Positions 20,530 through 31,148 of a stretch of 64,000 bases of DNA are shown here, one piece after another. Each line of letters begins with the position of its first letter. The stretch's first letter is position 1. The translations under genes were made by a program, and so were the position numbers. The stretch comes from Alphaproteobacteria bacterium (GTDB lineage: Bacteria; Pseudomonadota; Alphaproteobacteria; Bin95): assembly GCA_965205265.1 (NCBI GenBank), contig CBDBGH010000003.1, positions 320,001-384,000 of the forward strand. The letters run 5' to 3'. The notes below the pieces were generated by a model. That model saw only the letters and a program-made list of their open reading frames with translations. It made no database searches and was not told the DNA's origin.

Positions 20530-22202
20530 CAGGCTTCCTCGTCCAGGAACAGCTGCGACAGAAGCCGGTCCGGGACGACGCGTTGCATCCACGCATCCGA
20601 ATCCGGACCGGCCGCCGGCACGCCGAGAATCGATCCGATGCGCGGGATCACGGCTTCTGCCACCGGAACGGCATTCCAGGCAGCGGTCGCGAAACCGCGG
20701 GACCCCTCGGCTGCCTTCGGCTCGTCGAGCATGACGATGACCGCAAAGCGCGGGTCGGCGATGGGGAAGACGCCGACAAAGGAGTTCAGCCGCTTGTTGC
20801 TGTCATAGCGGCCGTTCACCACCTTTTCGGCCGTACCGGTCTTGCCGCCGACGGGATAAGCGGCGTTATCCGCCCGGGACCCGGTTCCGCGCAACACGGC
20901 CTGGCGCATCGTCCAGCGTATCTTGTCGGAGGTCTCGGAAGAAAAGACTCTCCGGGCCGTCGGCGGCATGGTGCGCCTCAGCAGGGTTACCGGCACCGCC
21001 ACCCCGTCATTCGCCAGCGCGCCGATGGCCGATGCGGTCTGGAGCGGGCTCACGGAAAGACCGTGGCCGAAACCGACCGTCATCGTCGTCAGCGGATGCC
21101 AGGTTCGCGGCACGATCGGATGGCCGACTTCCGGCAATTCCAGCGCCGGGCGGCTCAGGAGGCCCAGCCTGTCCAGATAGTGCCTGAAGGTTTCCGCTCC
21201 GATTTTCTCGGCAATCCGCGCGGCGCCGATATTGGACGAGTGGACGACGACCTCGGCGGCCGAAAGCACGCGGTTCTGGCCGCGATAGTCGCCGATCCTG
21301 TGACCGAACGCCCTGATGGGCGCGGTTGCATCGAAGCGGCTGGTCAGGCGCGAAATGCCCCGGTCCAGCGCCGTGGCGAGTGTGAGAAGCTTGAATGTCG
21401 AACCCATTTCGGCAACCAGAAGCGAGGCCCGGTTGGCCCGCGCTTCGTCAATCTTTGCCTGCCGATTGGGGTCGAAATCGGGCAACGAAACCATCGCCAG
21501 CACTTCGCCGGTGCGGATGTCGAGCGCCAGGCCGGCCCCCCCAATGGCGGAGAAACGGTCAACCGCCCGCGCCAACTCCTCACGGATGACGTGCTGGATG
21601 CGGATATCGATGGAGAGCTGCACGCTCTGCGTCGGGTCGGAGAGAATCTCGTTAAAGCGCTTCTCCGCGCCGGCATTGCCGACAAGGCCGCCATCGCTCG
21701 GCTTGGTGCGTCCGAGCACATGGGCCACGAGACGCCCATGGGGGTAGATGCGCATGTCCTCGGACCTGAAGCCGATGCCCGGGAGGCCGAGGTCCAGCAT
21801 CGCCTTCTGGTCCCGCGGGGTCAGGCGCCTTGCGACGAAGACGAACTTCCGCCTGAGCGACAGGCGTTGGCGCGCTTCCTCGAAACTGAGCCAGGGCAAG
21901 GCGGCCGAAAGCTGTGTGGCCACTGCCTCGACATCGTCGATCTCCGGCGGCCAGGCCACCAGCGCGCGCGACACGACGCTGGTGGCGAGCAGTTGTCCGT
22001 TGCGGTCCAGGATGTCGCCGCGTTCCACCGGATGTTGCGAGGCAGCCGTCCGGGCGGGCGGCGGGCGTTCCTCAGCCAGAATGCCGAGTTCGACAAGCTT
22101 GATCGACAGGACGACGAGGCTTGCAAGGAAGGCGAGCACGCCGACTGCAAGACGGGTGCGGGCCAGCGCGAGAGCCGGCGCCGCCGAACGATGCAGGCTC
22201 AT
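20529..22202 (-). CDS. ftsI: Penicillin-binding protein 3
   Basis: RGDILDRNG, GSTFK, SSN, KTGT. Confidence 0.96.
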   Translation of the reverse strand: MSLHRSAAPALALARTRLAVGVLAFLASLVVLSIKLVELGILAEERPPPARTAASQHPVERGDILDRNGQLLATSVVSRALVAWPPEIDDVEAVATQLSAALPWLSFEEARQRLSLRRKFVFVARRLTPRDQKAMLDLGLPGIGFRSEDMRIYPHGRLVAHVLGRTKPSDGGLVGNAGAEKRFNEILSDPTQSVQLSIDIRIQHVIREELARAVDRFSAIGGAGLALDIRTGEVLAMVSLPDFDPNRQAKIDEARANRASLLVAEMGSTFKLLTLATALDRGISRLTSRFDATAPIRAFGHRIGDYRGQNRVLSAAEVVVHSSNIGAARIAEKIGAETFRHYLDRLGLLSRPALELPEVGHPIVPRTWHPLTTMTVGFGHGLSVSPLQTASAIGALANDGVAVPVTLLRRTMPPTARRVFSSETSDKIRWTMRQAVLRGTGSRADNAAYPVGGKTGTAEKVVNGRYDSNKRLNSFVGVFPIADPRFAVIVMLDEPKAAEGSRGFATAAWNAVPVAEAVIPRIGSILGVPAAGPDSDAWMQRVVPDRLLSQLFLDEEA

Positions 22203-22600
22203 TGCCGGCCTCCCGTCCCGGTGGCGAAAGACAGGCGGGACGACTGCTCCGTCGGGAGTCCGGAGTTGGGATCGCCGTCCCGCCCGGCGCGCACCCCGGT
22301 CAGAGGCGGTTCGGGAGAGCTGGCCGGGCGAGTCGGGAGGAAACTCGGCCGGTGAAGCTGATCCGCCTCGATGGGGACAAGGCCCAGGGCGCGCGCATTC
22401 TGGAATTCGAGGGTTTGCGGTTGCGTGAGGAAAGCGAGCTCGCTGCGCAATACCTGGATACGCTCGCGCTCGGCGAGTACCAGGCGGTTGAGTTCGGCAA
22501 GCTTGTCCTTGCGGTCTTGAACGTGGTCGCCGACGGCGAACAGGCCGGCCGCCATGGCCCCTGCGCCGATGCACCAGAAGAATGTCGTCCTGGCGCTCAT
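22199..22600 (-). CDS. ftsL: Cell division protein FtsL-like
   Basis: TM plus coiled coil between rsmH and ftsI. Confidence 0.8.
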   Translation of the reverse strand: MSARTTFFWCIGAGAMAAGLFAVGDHVQDRKDKLAELNRLVLAERERIQVLRSELAFLTQPQTLEFQNARALGLVPIEADQLHRPSFLPTRPASSPEPPLTGVRAGRDGDPNSGLPTEQSSRLSFATGTGGRQ

Positions 22601-23523
22601 GCCGCGAGTCTCTCGGCGGCGCGCATCCGGGCGGACCGCGCACGGGGATTGTCGGCGACTTCGGCGGCGCCGGGGCTTACGGCGCGCCGGTGCAGAAGCC
22701 GGAAGGACGCCGGCGCAGGCGGGGATTGCGGCGGGCGGTGGCGGGAAGGTCCCGGAAGCGCGCCGCTGCGCTCGCGCAGGAAGCGCTTCACGGCGCGGTC
22801 CTCCAGCGAGTGGAAGGAAACCACGGCAAGCCGCCCGCCCGGCGCCAGCAGCCTTTCGGCGGCCGCGAGACCGCGGTCTAGTTCCCCGAGCTCGTCATTG
22901 ACGGCGATCCGCAGCGCCTGGAAGGTCCGGGTCGCCGGATGAATGCGTCCGTCGGCCGGCACGACGCGCGCGACAATGGCGGCGAGGCGGTCCGTGGTGC
23001 GGATTGGCGCTTCGCTCCGCGCGGAGGCGATCGCGCGCGCCACCCGGCGGGCGCGCGGCTCCTCGCCATAGCGGCGGATGAGGTCGGCCAGGCGGCCCTC
23101 ATCCAGACCGGCGACAAGATCGGCCGCGCTTGGGCCTTCGCCGCTCATCCGCATGTCGAGCGGGCCGGACGCGAAGGAAAAGCCTCTTGCCGGATCGTCG
23201 AGCTGCGCGGAGGACACGCCGAGATCGAACGCGATGCCGTCCGCCGGTGCGAACGCTTCGTCGGCGGCGATGCCCTCCATCTCGGAGAAACGGGCCCGGC
23301 GGAAGCGGAAACGGTCTCCGCAGTCCCGGCCGAGCGCGGCGGCGGCGCCTTCCGCCGCCGGATCGCAGTCGATGGCGAGCACGCGGCAAGGGGCCGAAGC
23401 CAGCAGCGCGCGCGAATAGCCGCCGCGGCCGAAAGTAGCGTCCACATAGCGCCCGCCGGCTCGCGGCCCGATGGCGGCAACCACCTCCGAGGCCATGACC
23501 GGGATGTGCCCGCGGGCGGTCAC
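22597..23523 (-). CDS. rsmH: 16S rRNA C1402 methyltransferase
   Basis: HIPV, DATFGRGG, DLGVSS, FHSLEDR, NPRARSA. Confidence 0.97.
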   Translation of the reverse strand: MTARGHIPVMASEVVAAIGPRAGGRYVDATFGRGGYSRALLASAPCRVLAIDCDPAAEGAAAALGRDCGDRFRFRRARFSEMEGIAADEAFAPADGIAFDLGVSSAQLDDPARGFSFASGPLDMRMSGEGPSAADLVAGLDEGRLADLIRRYGEEPRARRVARAIASARSEAPIRTTDRLAAIVARVVPADGRIHPATRTFQALRIAVNDELGELDRGLAAAERLLAPGGRLAVVSFHSLEDRAVKRFLRERSGALPGPSRHRPPQSPPAPASFRLLHRRAVSPGAAEVADNPRARSARMRAAERLAA

Positions 23524-24029
23524 GACCCGGACTCCGACTGGAGGAACCCGCCGAAGCGGATCATGGCCTTGATGTCGTCGTCGAGAGCCGAGGTTACGTC
23601 GCCGACCCACTTGTCATGGGCCGCCGGCTTCCAGATCTCGATAATGCCGACATTGCCGATGAAGCGGACTTCGTTTTCGATATCGCAGGCCTGACGGAAA
23701 TCCTGCGGAAGCAGCAGGCGGCCCTGCCCGTCGATTTGCGCGTCGCGTGAGACGCCGACAAAAAGACTGGCGATCTGTCCGGAGTCGATCGGCTTGCCGT
23801 TTCGGTCTTTGGCCTTCTTGAGTTTCTTATGGATATGTTTAGCCCAATTCTGTAAGTATCTCTCTTCACAGAAAAAGATGGCGTTGCGGTCGTCGAACAC
23901 GGGCGCGGCCAGCAAGCGCATTTCGGCATCCTGGGGAATCGCGCGCCGATGAGCAGCCGGTACAATGACCCGCCCTTTGGCATCCAGTTTTGCGTCGTAT
24001 TGGCCCGAGACCCGCACCGGAGACGCCAC
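23520..24029 (-). CDS. mraZ: Transcriptional regulator MraZ
   Basis: Two DxxGR motifs (DAKGR, DGQGR); head of dcw cluster. Confidence 0.9.
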   Translation of the reverse strand: MASPVRVSGQYDAKLDAKGRVIVPAAHRRAIPQDAEMRLLAAPVFDDRNAIFFCEERYLQNWAKHIHKKLKKAKDRNGKPIDSGQIASLFVGVSRDAQIDGQGRLLLPQDFRQACDIENEVRFIGNVGIIEIWKPAAHDKWVGDVTSALDDDIKAMIRFGGFLQSESGS

Positions 24030-24066
24030 CTTTCGTGTTTTAGGCGAGGGACGCTGCCCCTTTCTG

Positions 24067-24115
24067 CCACCACACTACCACTTATATCCACTTTCCTCCC
24101 ACTTCGCCACCACTT
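24067..24115 (-). promoter_or_regulatory. MraZ-binding direct repeats (dcw box)
   Basis: AAGTGG on minus strand (CCACTT at 24078, 24088, 24099, 24110), spaced 10-11 bp, upstream of mraZ. Confidence 0.8.
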
Positions 24116-24631
24116 CGTCAAGGCGTCCGCAGAAAAAATTTGTTCATGCGGAATTGACGGTCCCGATTCCTTAATGGAACAAAAAGCGTATCGACTTAGC
24201 GTGCTCGTTTTCATCTTGTGGATAACATTAAGTCGATCTACAAGATAAAGTGTGAGTGGCCCTTCGGGACCGGGCTAGGGAAACTGGCAAACGAAGGTGC
24301 CCGGGACCCTCGACGATCTGGCTCCCGATAGCGCCCGGGACGCGGGAAAGCCGGGTGTGCTTGGGATCCGGGGAGATAACCTTCGGTCTTTCCGCTCGAC
24401 CGGGTCCATGCTTTGCAACGTTGTTATGTTCTATTACTTAGACTTTTATCCTAAAATTATTTGACCTCGCATGGCGTAGTCCTGTGGAATCGTGCGGGAG
24501 CCCGGCCTCCGGGGCGGTCCGGGGTTCAGGGCCGGGACGCTCCGACAGCCGCGCCGCATTGCTTCCGCGGGACCCCGTGGACGAATTCACCGGTTTCGGC
24601 GCGGAACTCTGCCAGGTCCGCAAGAGGACGA

Positions 24632-25027
24632 TCCAGAAGGCCTGTAGGCCGGGTTCTGTACCGCCCGTTTCCGGGCGGCGACGACCATTCGTCTGGGACG
24701 TCCGTTGCCGGACGCCTCGTGCGACCAACCCGAGCGGCGACGCGGAGGACGCCGGCCGGGGCGGTTCGCTCCGGCCTGCCGCTCCTATTCGGTCTTGCTC
24801 CCGGTGGGGTTTGCCCTGCCGGCTCCGTTGCCGAAGCCGCGGGGCGCTCTTACCGCCCCGTTTCACCCTTGCCGGCCGGCGGGCGGGCCCGGAGGGCCGG
24901 CGGTTTGTTTTCTGTGGCACTTTCCCTGGGGTCGCCCCCGCCGGGCGTTACCCGGCACCGTTCCTCCGTGGAGCCCGGACCTTCCTCGCCGGGCAGGATG
25001 CCCGGCGCGGCCGTCCGGCCTTCTGGA
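24632..25027 (-). ncRNA. rnpB: RNase P RNA, class A
   Basis: GAGGAAGGTCCGGGCTCC, GAAAGTGCCACAGAAA, ACAGAACCCGGCCTA; ends TCCAGAAGGC/GCCTTCTGGA pair. Confidence 0.97.
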
Positions 25028-25039
25028 CCGAGCCTCCAT

Positions 25040-26842
25040 TCAGACCTTTTCGAGCTCTTCGCGCAAGAGGGCGAGTTCGAGCCACTCCTCCTCGAGGGCC
25101 GCAATCTCGGTCCGCGCACCGCTCAACAGTTCCGCTGCATGGGCGAACCGTTCGGGGTCGCGCTCATAGAAGCCCGGGTCGGCAAGCATGCGCTCCAGCT
25201 TCCCGGCCCGTTTCTGCGCGCGCTCGATTTCGCCGGGCAGTTCGTCCCAGCGCCGCTGCTGGCGGAAGCCGAGCTTCGAGGCCGGCGCGCGCGGGCGGAC
25301 GGGCGCCGCCTTCGGCCGCGGTTTCGGGTCCGTCCGGGACTGGGCGGCCGGCCTGTTCCGGCGGTAGTCGCTGTAGCCGCCGGCGAATTCGCGCGCCGAG
25401 CCGTCTCCCTCCAGCGCGATGACGCTCGCGACGGTCTTGTCGAGGAAATCCCGGTCGTGGCTCACCAGGATCAGCGTCCCCTCGAAATCGCCCAGCACGT
25501 CCGCCAGCAGGTCGAGCGTGTCCATGTCGAGGTCGTTGGTCGGCTCGTCCAGCACCAGCAGGTCGCATTTCCGCGCGAGCGTGCGGGCGAGCAGCAGGCG
25601 GTTGCGCTCGCCGCCGGAAAGCGAGCCGACCGGACTTTCGACCTGGTCGAAATCGAACAGGAAGTCCTTCAGATAGCCGACCACATGGCGGGGCCGGCCG
25701 CGAACGAAGACGGTGTCGCCGCCTTCGGGGCAGAGCGTGCGCCGGAGCGTGGCGCCCGGGTCGAGCGAGGCGCGGCGCTGGTCGAAATAGGCGGATTGCA
25801 GGGTGGCCGACCGGCGGACCTTGCCGGAATCTGGCCGGAGTTCGCCGATCAGCATGCGCAGCAAGGTCGTCTTGCCGGCCCCGTTCGGCCCCAATATGCC
25901 GATCCGGTCGCCGCGCAGTATGCGGGTGCTGAAACCCTCGACGATCGCGCGGCTGCCATATTGCTTGGCGATATTGTCGGCCTCGATCGCCATGCGGCTC
26001 CTGATCTCGCTTTCCTCGAGCACGATGCGGGCGCGTTGCGGGGCTCCGAGCATGGCGGCGCGGCGCTCGCGCATGTCCATCAGCGCGGCGAGGCGGCCCT
26101 GGTTGCGCCGCCGACGGGCGGTGATGCCGCGATGCAGCCAGCGCGTCTCCTCGGCGATCCGGCGGTCGAGCTTCTCCTGCCGCCGCAGTTCCTCCGCAAT
26201 CGCCGCTTCCGACCATTCCTCGAAAGCGGCGAAGCCGCGCGCGGTCTGGCGCAGCCGGCCCCGCTCCAGCCAGAGGATGCGGTCGGTGACGTCCGCGAGG
26301 AAGCGCCGGTCGTGGCTGACGGTGACGACCGCGCCTTCATAGCCGCGAATGAGGCGTTCCAGCCATTCGATGGCGGGCAGGTCGAGATGGTTCGTCGGCT
26401 CGTCCAGCAGCAGGATGTCGGGCGCGACGGCCAGCACGCGCGCCAGCTCCGCCCGCCGGCTCTCGCCGCCGGAAAGCGTCGCCATGCGCCGGTCGGGATC
26501 GAGTTCCAGCCGGTCGAGCATCGCCGCGGCGGCGTGGTCGGCGGCGGGCGGCCCCTCGTCCGGGGGCCGGCGGACATAGTCGCCGACGCACATCTCGGCA
26601 TCGACCGGCGGGTCCTGGTGCAGATAGGCGATGCGGATGCCGGGCTGGGCGTAGCGTTCGCCGAGGTCGAGCTCCAGCTCGCCCGCAACGACCTTCATCA
26701 AGGTGGACTTGCCGCATCCATTGCGGCCGATCAGGCAGGCGCGGTCGCCGCGCGCAATGCCGAAGCTGACCTCGGAAAACAGGCTCGCGCCGCCGAAACC
26801 GATTTCGGCGTCGCGGAGCGTGAAGATCGGCGGGCCGGCCAC
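25040..26842 (-). CDS. uup: ABC-F family ATPase Uup
   Basis: Two ABC domains (GRNGCGKST, GPNGAGKTT), DEPTNHLD, C-terminal EEEWLEL. Confidence 0.9.
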   Translation of the reverse strand: MAGPPIFTLRDAEIGFGGASLFSEVSFGIARGDRACLIGRNGCGKSTLMKVVAGELELDLGERYAQPGIRIAYLHQDPPVDAEMCVGDYVRRPPDEGPPAADHAAAAMLDRLELDPDRRMATLSGGESRRAELARVLAVAPDILLLDEPTNHLDLPAIEWLERLIRGYEGAVVTVSHDRRFLADVTDRILWLERGRLRQTARGFAAFEEWSEAAIAEELRRQEKLDRRIAEETRWLHRGITARRRRNQGRLAALMDMRERRAAMLGAPQRARIVLEESEIRSRMAIEADNIAKQYGSRAIVEGFSTRILRGDRIGILGPNGAGKTTLLRMLIGELRPDSGKVRRSATLQSAYFDQRRASLDPGATLRRTLCPEGGDTVFVRGRPRHVVGYLKDFLFDFDQVESPVGSLSGGERNRLLLARTLARKCDLLVLDEPTNDLDMDTLDLLADVLGDFEGTLILVSHDRDFLDKTVASVIALEGDGSAREFAGGYSDYRRNRPAAQSRTDPKPRPKAAPVRPRAPASKLGFRQQRRWDELPGEIERAQKRAGKLERMLADPGFYERDPERFAHAAELLSGARTEIAALEEEWLELALLREELEKV

Positions 26843-26851
26843 CGGCGACCG

Positions 26852-27427
26852 TCAGGCGCCCAGCTTTGCCGCGAGACGCACGGTTTCCCGCACGACGCGC
26901 CGGACCGCCGCGCCATGGGGCTCCTCGGCAAGGCCGCCTTCATCGTCGAAAGCGTCGCCCGCTCGCGCGATGGCGTGCTGCGCGGGCGCGACGATGACGC
27001 CGATGCCGGAGAGAATCTGCCGGACATGCACAAGGCCGCGCAAGCCGCCCAGCGCTCCCGGCGAGGCCGCCATGAGGCCCGCGACCTTGCCGGCATACCA
27101 GACCAGCGGCGGCTGCCCGGCCACGGGGCGGGACACCCAGTCGATGGCGTTCTTCAGAAGCGGCGAGATCGAGCCGTTATATTCCGGCGAGGCGATCAGG
27201 AAGCCGTCATGGGCGAGGAACAGCTCCTTCAGCCGAACCGCGCCGGCCGGCAGGCCCTCGCCCGCTTCGAGGTCGCCGTTGTAGAGCGGCAGGTCGAATT
27301 CCGCGAGATCGAGGAGCAGCGCCTCCGCGCCGGCGGCCTCGGCCTCGCGCGCCGCGAAACGGGCCAGCCGGGCATTGAATGAGTCCCGGCGCACGGAACC
27401 CGCAAATGCGAGCAGTCTCGGGGTCAC
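26852..27427 (-). CDS. NADPH-dependent FMN reductase
   Basis: GSVRRDSFN, SPEYNGS, LKNAIDWVSR. Confidence 0.92.
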   Translation of the reverse strand: MTPRLLAFAGSVRRDSFNARLARFAAREAEAAGAEALLLDLAEFDLPLYNGDLEAGEGLPAGAVRLKELFLAHDGFLIASPEYNGSISPLLKNAIDWVSRPVAGQPPLVWYAGKVAGLMAASPGALGGLRGLVHVRQILSGIGVIVAPAQHAIARAGDAFDDEGGLAEEPHGAAVRRVVRETVRLAAKLGA

Positions 27428-28782
27428 AGACGGACGATCTTTCCCGGATTCATGATGTTCTTCGGGTCGAGCGCGCGTTTGACGACCCGCATCACCGGCA
27501 GGGCCGAGGGGTGCTCGTCCTCCAGGAAATGCATCTTGCCGTAGCCGATGCCGTGCTCGCCCGTGCAGGTGCCGCCCATGGCGAGCGCCCGGCGCACCAG
27601 GCGCTCGTTCAGCCCGGTCGCGATCCGCACTTCTTCGGCATTCTCCGTGTCGATGACGAAGATGACGTGGAAATTGCCGTCGCCCACATGTCCGACGATG
27701 GGCGTCGGGAAGGGCGCGGAGGCGAGGTCGGCGCGCGTCTCGGCGATGCATTCGGCAAGCCGCGAGATCGGCACGCAGACATCGGTGGGCCAACCCTCCG
27801 AACCCGGGCGCAGCGCGATGGCGGCGAAGAAGGCGTCATGGCGCGCTTGCCAGAGCCGGTTGCGCTCCTCGGTGGTGGTGGACCAGGCGAAGTCCGAGCC
27901 GCCGAACTCCTGCGCGATGGCGCCTGTCGCCTCCGCCTGCTCGGCCACGCCCGCCGGCGTGCCGTGGAACTCGAAGAAGATGTGCGGAGAGGCGGCGTAT
28001 TCCAGCCTGGAATACCGGTTGCAGGCGTCCATCTGCACCTCGTCCAGCAACTCGATCCGGGCGACGGGAATGCCGGACTGTATCGTCAGGATGACCGCGT
28101 CCACGGCGGCATCGACCGACGGGAAGGCGCAGACCGCCGACGCGATGCTCTCCGGGATGCCGTAGAGCCGGAGATGGATGCCCGTGACGATGCCGAGCGT
28201 GCCTTCGGAGCCGATATAAAGGCGGGTGAGGTCATAGCCGGCAGAAGACTTTCGCGCCCGCGTGCCGGTCCGGATCAGGCGCCCGTCCGGCAATACGACC
28301 TCGAGGCTGAGCACATTCTCGCGCATGGTGCCGTAGCGCACGGCATTGGTGCCGGAGGCTCCGGTCGCCACCATGCCGCCCAGCGAGGCGTCGGCGCCGG
28401 GGTCGATCGGGAAGAACAGCCCCGTGGCGCGCAGTTCCTCGTTGAGCCGCTTGCGCGTGACGCCGGGCTCGACGAAGCAGGTCATGTCGTCGCCGTGAAT
28501 CTCGCGGATGCGGTCGAGACCGGTCAGGTCGATGGTGATGCCGCCGTCGAGAGCGCCGATATGGCCTTCGAGCGAGGTGCCGGCGCCGAAGGGCACGACC
28601 GGCGTGCCGGATTCGTGGCAGGCGCGCACGATGGCCTGCACCTCCTCGACCGTCTCCGGAAAGACGACGGCGTCGGGCGGGTGCGGCGCATGGAACGTGG
28701 CGTCCTTGCCGTGATGCCCGCGCACCGCCTCCGCGGTGCTGAACCGTGTGCCGAAACGCTCCCTGAGGGCGGCGAAGCTCAT
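27424..28782 (-). CDS. FAD-linked oxidase (D-lactate dehydrogenase/GlcD family)
   Basis: GAGTSLEGH, GSEGTLG, GHVGDGNFH, GEHGIG, MNPGK. Confidence 0.93.
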   Translation of the reverse strand: MSFAALRERFGTRFSTAEAVRGHHGKDATFHAPHPPDAVVFPETVEEVQAIVRACHESGTPVVPFGAGTSLEGHIGALDGGITIDLTGLDRIREIHGDDMTCFVEPGVTRKRLNEELRATGLFFPIDPGADASLGGMVATGASGTNAVRYGTMRENVLSLEVVLPDGRLIRTGTRARKSSAGYDLTRLYIGSEGTLGIVTGIHLRLYGIPESIASAVCAFPSVDAAVDAVILTIQSGIPVARIELLDEVQMDACNRYSRLEYAASPHIFFEFHGTPAGVAEQAEATGAIAQEFGGSDFAWSTTTEERNRLWQARHDAFFAAIALRPGSEGWPTDVCVPISRLAECIAETRADLASAPFPTPIVGHVGDGNFHVIFVIDTENAEEVRIATGLNERLVRRALAMGGTCTGEHGIGYGKMHFLEDEHPSALPVMRVVKRALDPKNIMNPGKIVRL

Positions 28783-29159
28783 TTGACGCACATGGCCTCG
28801 ATCTCCACCACCATTGCCGGGTCGGCCAGGCCCGACACGAACAGCAGCGTGGACGCCGGCGGGTGGTCGCCGAGAAAAGCGCCCCGGCTCTCGCGGTAGT
28901 AGTGGATGTCCTCACGGCGGGTGAGGAATACGTTGATCTTGACGATATTCTCCCGCGAGAGGCCGGCCGCCTCCAGTTGTGCGCCGAGATTGACCCAGAC
29001 CTGGTCGATCTGGCCGCGCGCATCCTCCACGACGGAACCGTCGGGCCTGACGCCGACCTGTCCGGAGATATAGACCCAGGTGGCGCCGGCAGGCGCTTCC
29101 ACCGAATGCGAATAGCCGCGCGGGGCGTGGACGGAGTCCGGATTGCGTCTTGTCAGCAT
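28779..29159 (-). CDS. RidA family protein
   Basis: YSHS, ISGQVG, PPAST, VEIEA. Confidence 0.9.
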   Translation of the reverse strand: MLTRRNPDSVHAPRGYSHSVEAPAGATWVYISGQVGVRPDGSVVEDARGQIDQVWVNLGAQLEAAGLSRENIVKINVFLTRREDIHYYRESRGAFLGDHPPASTLLFVSGLADPAMVVEIEAMCVK

Positions 29160-29253
29160 GGCTTCCCTGTTCTCCCCTGTGCCAGCGGAGATCGAGAGAT
29201 AGCATATCGGGCGGTATCGGGCACGGCAGCCCCGCCGGCAGTCCCCGGGGCGC

Positions 29254-29706
29254 CTATCGCTTCGGCGCGCCGCCGTGCCCCGAACCGTGCTTGTGGCCGC
29301 CCTGCATCGCGCCGGAGCCGAAGTGCTGCTTGACGATGACCTTGTCGCGAACGCGCGCGGCCGTTTCCGCGGTCTTTCCGTCCACCTCGATGGCCAGCGC
29401 CCATTCGCCATGCATTTCGAGCTCCAGCACTGCCATGTAATGGCCGGGCTTGCCTTCGACCGGCTTGGCGCTTGCCGGCGGAATATTGTGCGCCATCGGC
29501 ATACTGGGCATGTCGGCCTTGACGGAAAGCGCCTCTCCGATGACCGGTTCCGCCGATTTCCGCCCTGTGACGGCGATGGCGCAGGCATAGACCAGCGCCT
29601 CCGCGGTCGGTTCGCAGACAACGTCGGCGGCGGCGCGTTCGCCGGCCAGAGCGGGCGGAGCAAGGAGGGCGAACCCCAAAACTGCAAGCGCCGGTATGCG
29701 TATCAT
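29254..29706 (-). CDS. Exported FixH/YtkA-like protein
   Basis: Signal peptide, ADMPSMPMAHN, PGHY...LEMHGEW. Confidence 0.65.
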   Translation of the reverse strand: MIRIPALAVLGFALLAPPALAGERAAADVVCEPTAEALVYACAIAVTGRKSAEPVIGEALSVKADMPSMPMAHNIPPASAKPVEGKPGHYMAVLELEMHGEWALAIEVDGKTAETAARVRDKVIVKQHFGSGAMQGGHKHGSGHGGAPKR

Positions 29707-29707
29707 G

Positions 29708-30403
29708 TCAGGCCTCCTCTTCCAGTCCGAGATAGCGTTCGACGATGCGTTCGTCGCCCAGCAGCGCCTGCGCCGGGCCCTGCCGCGCGATGCGCCCGCT
29801 CTCCAGGAGATAGGCGCGGTCGGCGGCTCTCAGCGCCTGCACGAGATTTTGCTCGACCAGGAGGATCGTCAATCCCCGGTCCCGGAGCTGCGGCAGCAGC
29901 GCAAAGATGGCCTGCACGGCGTTCGGTGCCAGTCCGAGCGAGGGTTCGTCCAGCAGCAGCAGCCGGGGTTCCCGGGCCAGGGCGCGGGCAATGGCCAGCA
30001 TCTGCGCTTCGCCGCCCGAGAGCGAGGCGCCCCGGCTCGATGCGCGTTCTTCGAGCCTGGGAAACAGCTCGTAGAGATCGGCGAACGAACGGCGTCCCGG
30101 CGCGGCGAGCTTCAGGTTTTCCTCGACCGTCAGACCGCCCAGCACCATGCGCCCCTCGGGACAGAGCGCGATGCCGCGCCGGAATATGCGGTGGCTCGGC
30201 AATCCGAGCACCTCCTCACCCCGAAAGGCGACCTTTCCCCCGGCGGCGGGCGCGAGGCCGGCGACCGCGTGGATGAGCGAGCTCTTGCCCGCGCCGTTCG
30301 CGCCGATCAGCGCCACGATTTCGCCTTCGCGCACTTCGAGCGAGATGCCGGCCAGCGCCTGCACGGGCCCGTAGCTCACCCGCAGGTCGCGCACCTCAAG
30401 CAT
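29708..30403 (-). CDS. Branched-chain ABC ATPase, LivF-like (set 2)
   Basis: GANGAGKS, LSGGEAQM, DEPSLGLAP, VEQN. Confidence 0.92.
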   Translation of the reverse strand: MLEVRDLRVSYGPVQALAGISLEVREGEIVALIGANGAGKSSLIHAVAGLAPAAGGKVAFRGEEVLGLPSHRIFRRGIALCPEGRMVLGGLTVEENLKLAAPGRRSFADLYELFPRLEERASSRGASLSGGEAQMLAIARALAREPRLLLLDEPSLGLAPNAVQAIFALLPQLRDRGLTILLVEQNLVQALRAADRAYLLESGRIARQGPAQALLGDERIVERYLGLEEEA

Positions 30404-31148
30404 CGACCGGGGCCTCGGTCCCGAGATAGGCCTCGATCACCGCCGGCCGGCGCAGGACCTCCGCGGGCGCGCCGTCTGCGATCAACCGCCCGAAATTCAG
30501 CACCGCGAGCCGCGTGCAGAGGCCGGTGATGAGCGCCATCTTGTGCTCGACCACGATGACGGTCCGGCCGGGGCAGGCGAGTCTTGCGATGAGGCCGGTC
30601 ATCTCGCGCGTCTCGGCCGGGGTCATGCCGCCGGAAGGCTCATCGAGCAGCAGCAGCGCGGGGTCCCGGACCAGCGCCCGCGCCAGCTCCAGCCGGCGCT
30701 GGCTCGCAAGCGGCAGTTCGCCCGCCAGCCGGTCGGCGTCGCCGCCGAGCCCGACCCGCTCGACCAGGTCGCGCGCCCGTTCGCGCCGCCGCCCGTCGCG
30801 GCGCCGGCCGCCTATGAGGTCCGCGAAGCGCATGCCGGTCATGCCGTTCTGCGCGGCGAGCACGTTTTCGAGCACCGTCATGCGCCGGAAGACGCGCAGG
30901 TTCTGGAAGGTGCGCACAAGGCCGAGCCGCACGATCCGCTCCGGCGGCAGGCCCAGCAGGTCCTCGCCCCGGAAGCGGACCCGGCCCGTTGCCGGATAGA
31001 CGCCCGTAAGCGCATTGATGAGCGTGGTCTTGCCGGAGCCGTTCGGGCCGATCAGCCCCAGCACTTCGCCCTCGACGGCGGCGAGAGAAATATCCTCCAG
31101 CGCCGTCAACCCGCCGAAGCGGACCGTCAGCCCGTCAATCGCCAGCAT
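30396..31148 (-). CDS. Branched-chain ABC ATPase, LivG-like (set 2)
   Basis: FGGL, GPNGSGKTT, RTFQN, VEH. Confidence 0.92.
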   Translation of the reverse strand: MLAIDGLTVRFGGLTALEDISLAAVEGEVLGLIGPNGSGKTTLINALTGVYPATGRVRFRGEDLLGLPPERIVRLGLVRTFQNLRVFRRMTVLENVLAAQNGMTGMRFADLIGGRRRDGRRRERARDLVERVGLGGDADRLAGELPLASQRRLELARALVRDPALLLLDEPSGGMTPAETREMTGLIARLACPGRTVIVVEHKMALITGLCTRLAVLNFGRLIADGAPAEVLRRPAVIEAYLGTEAPVDA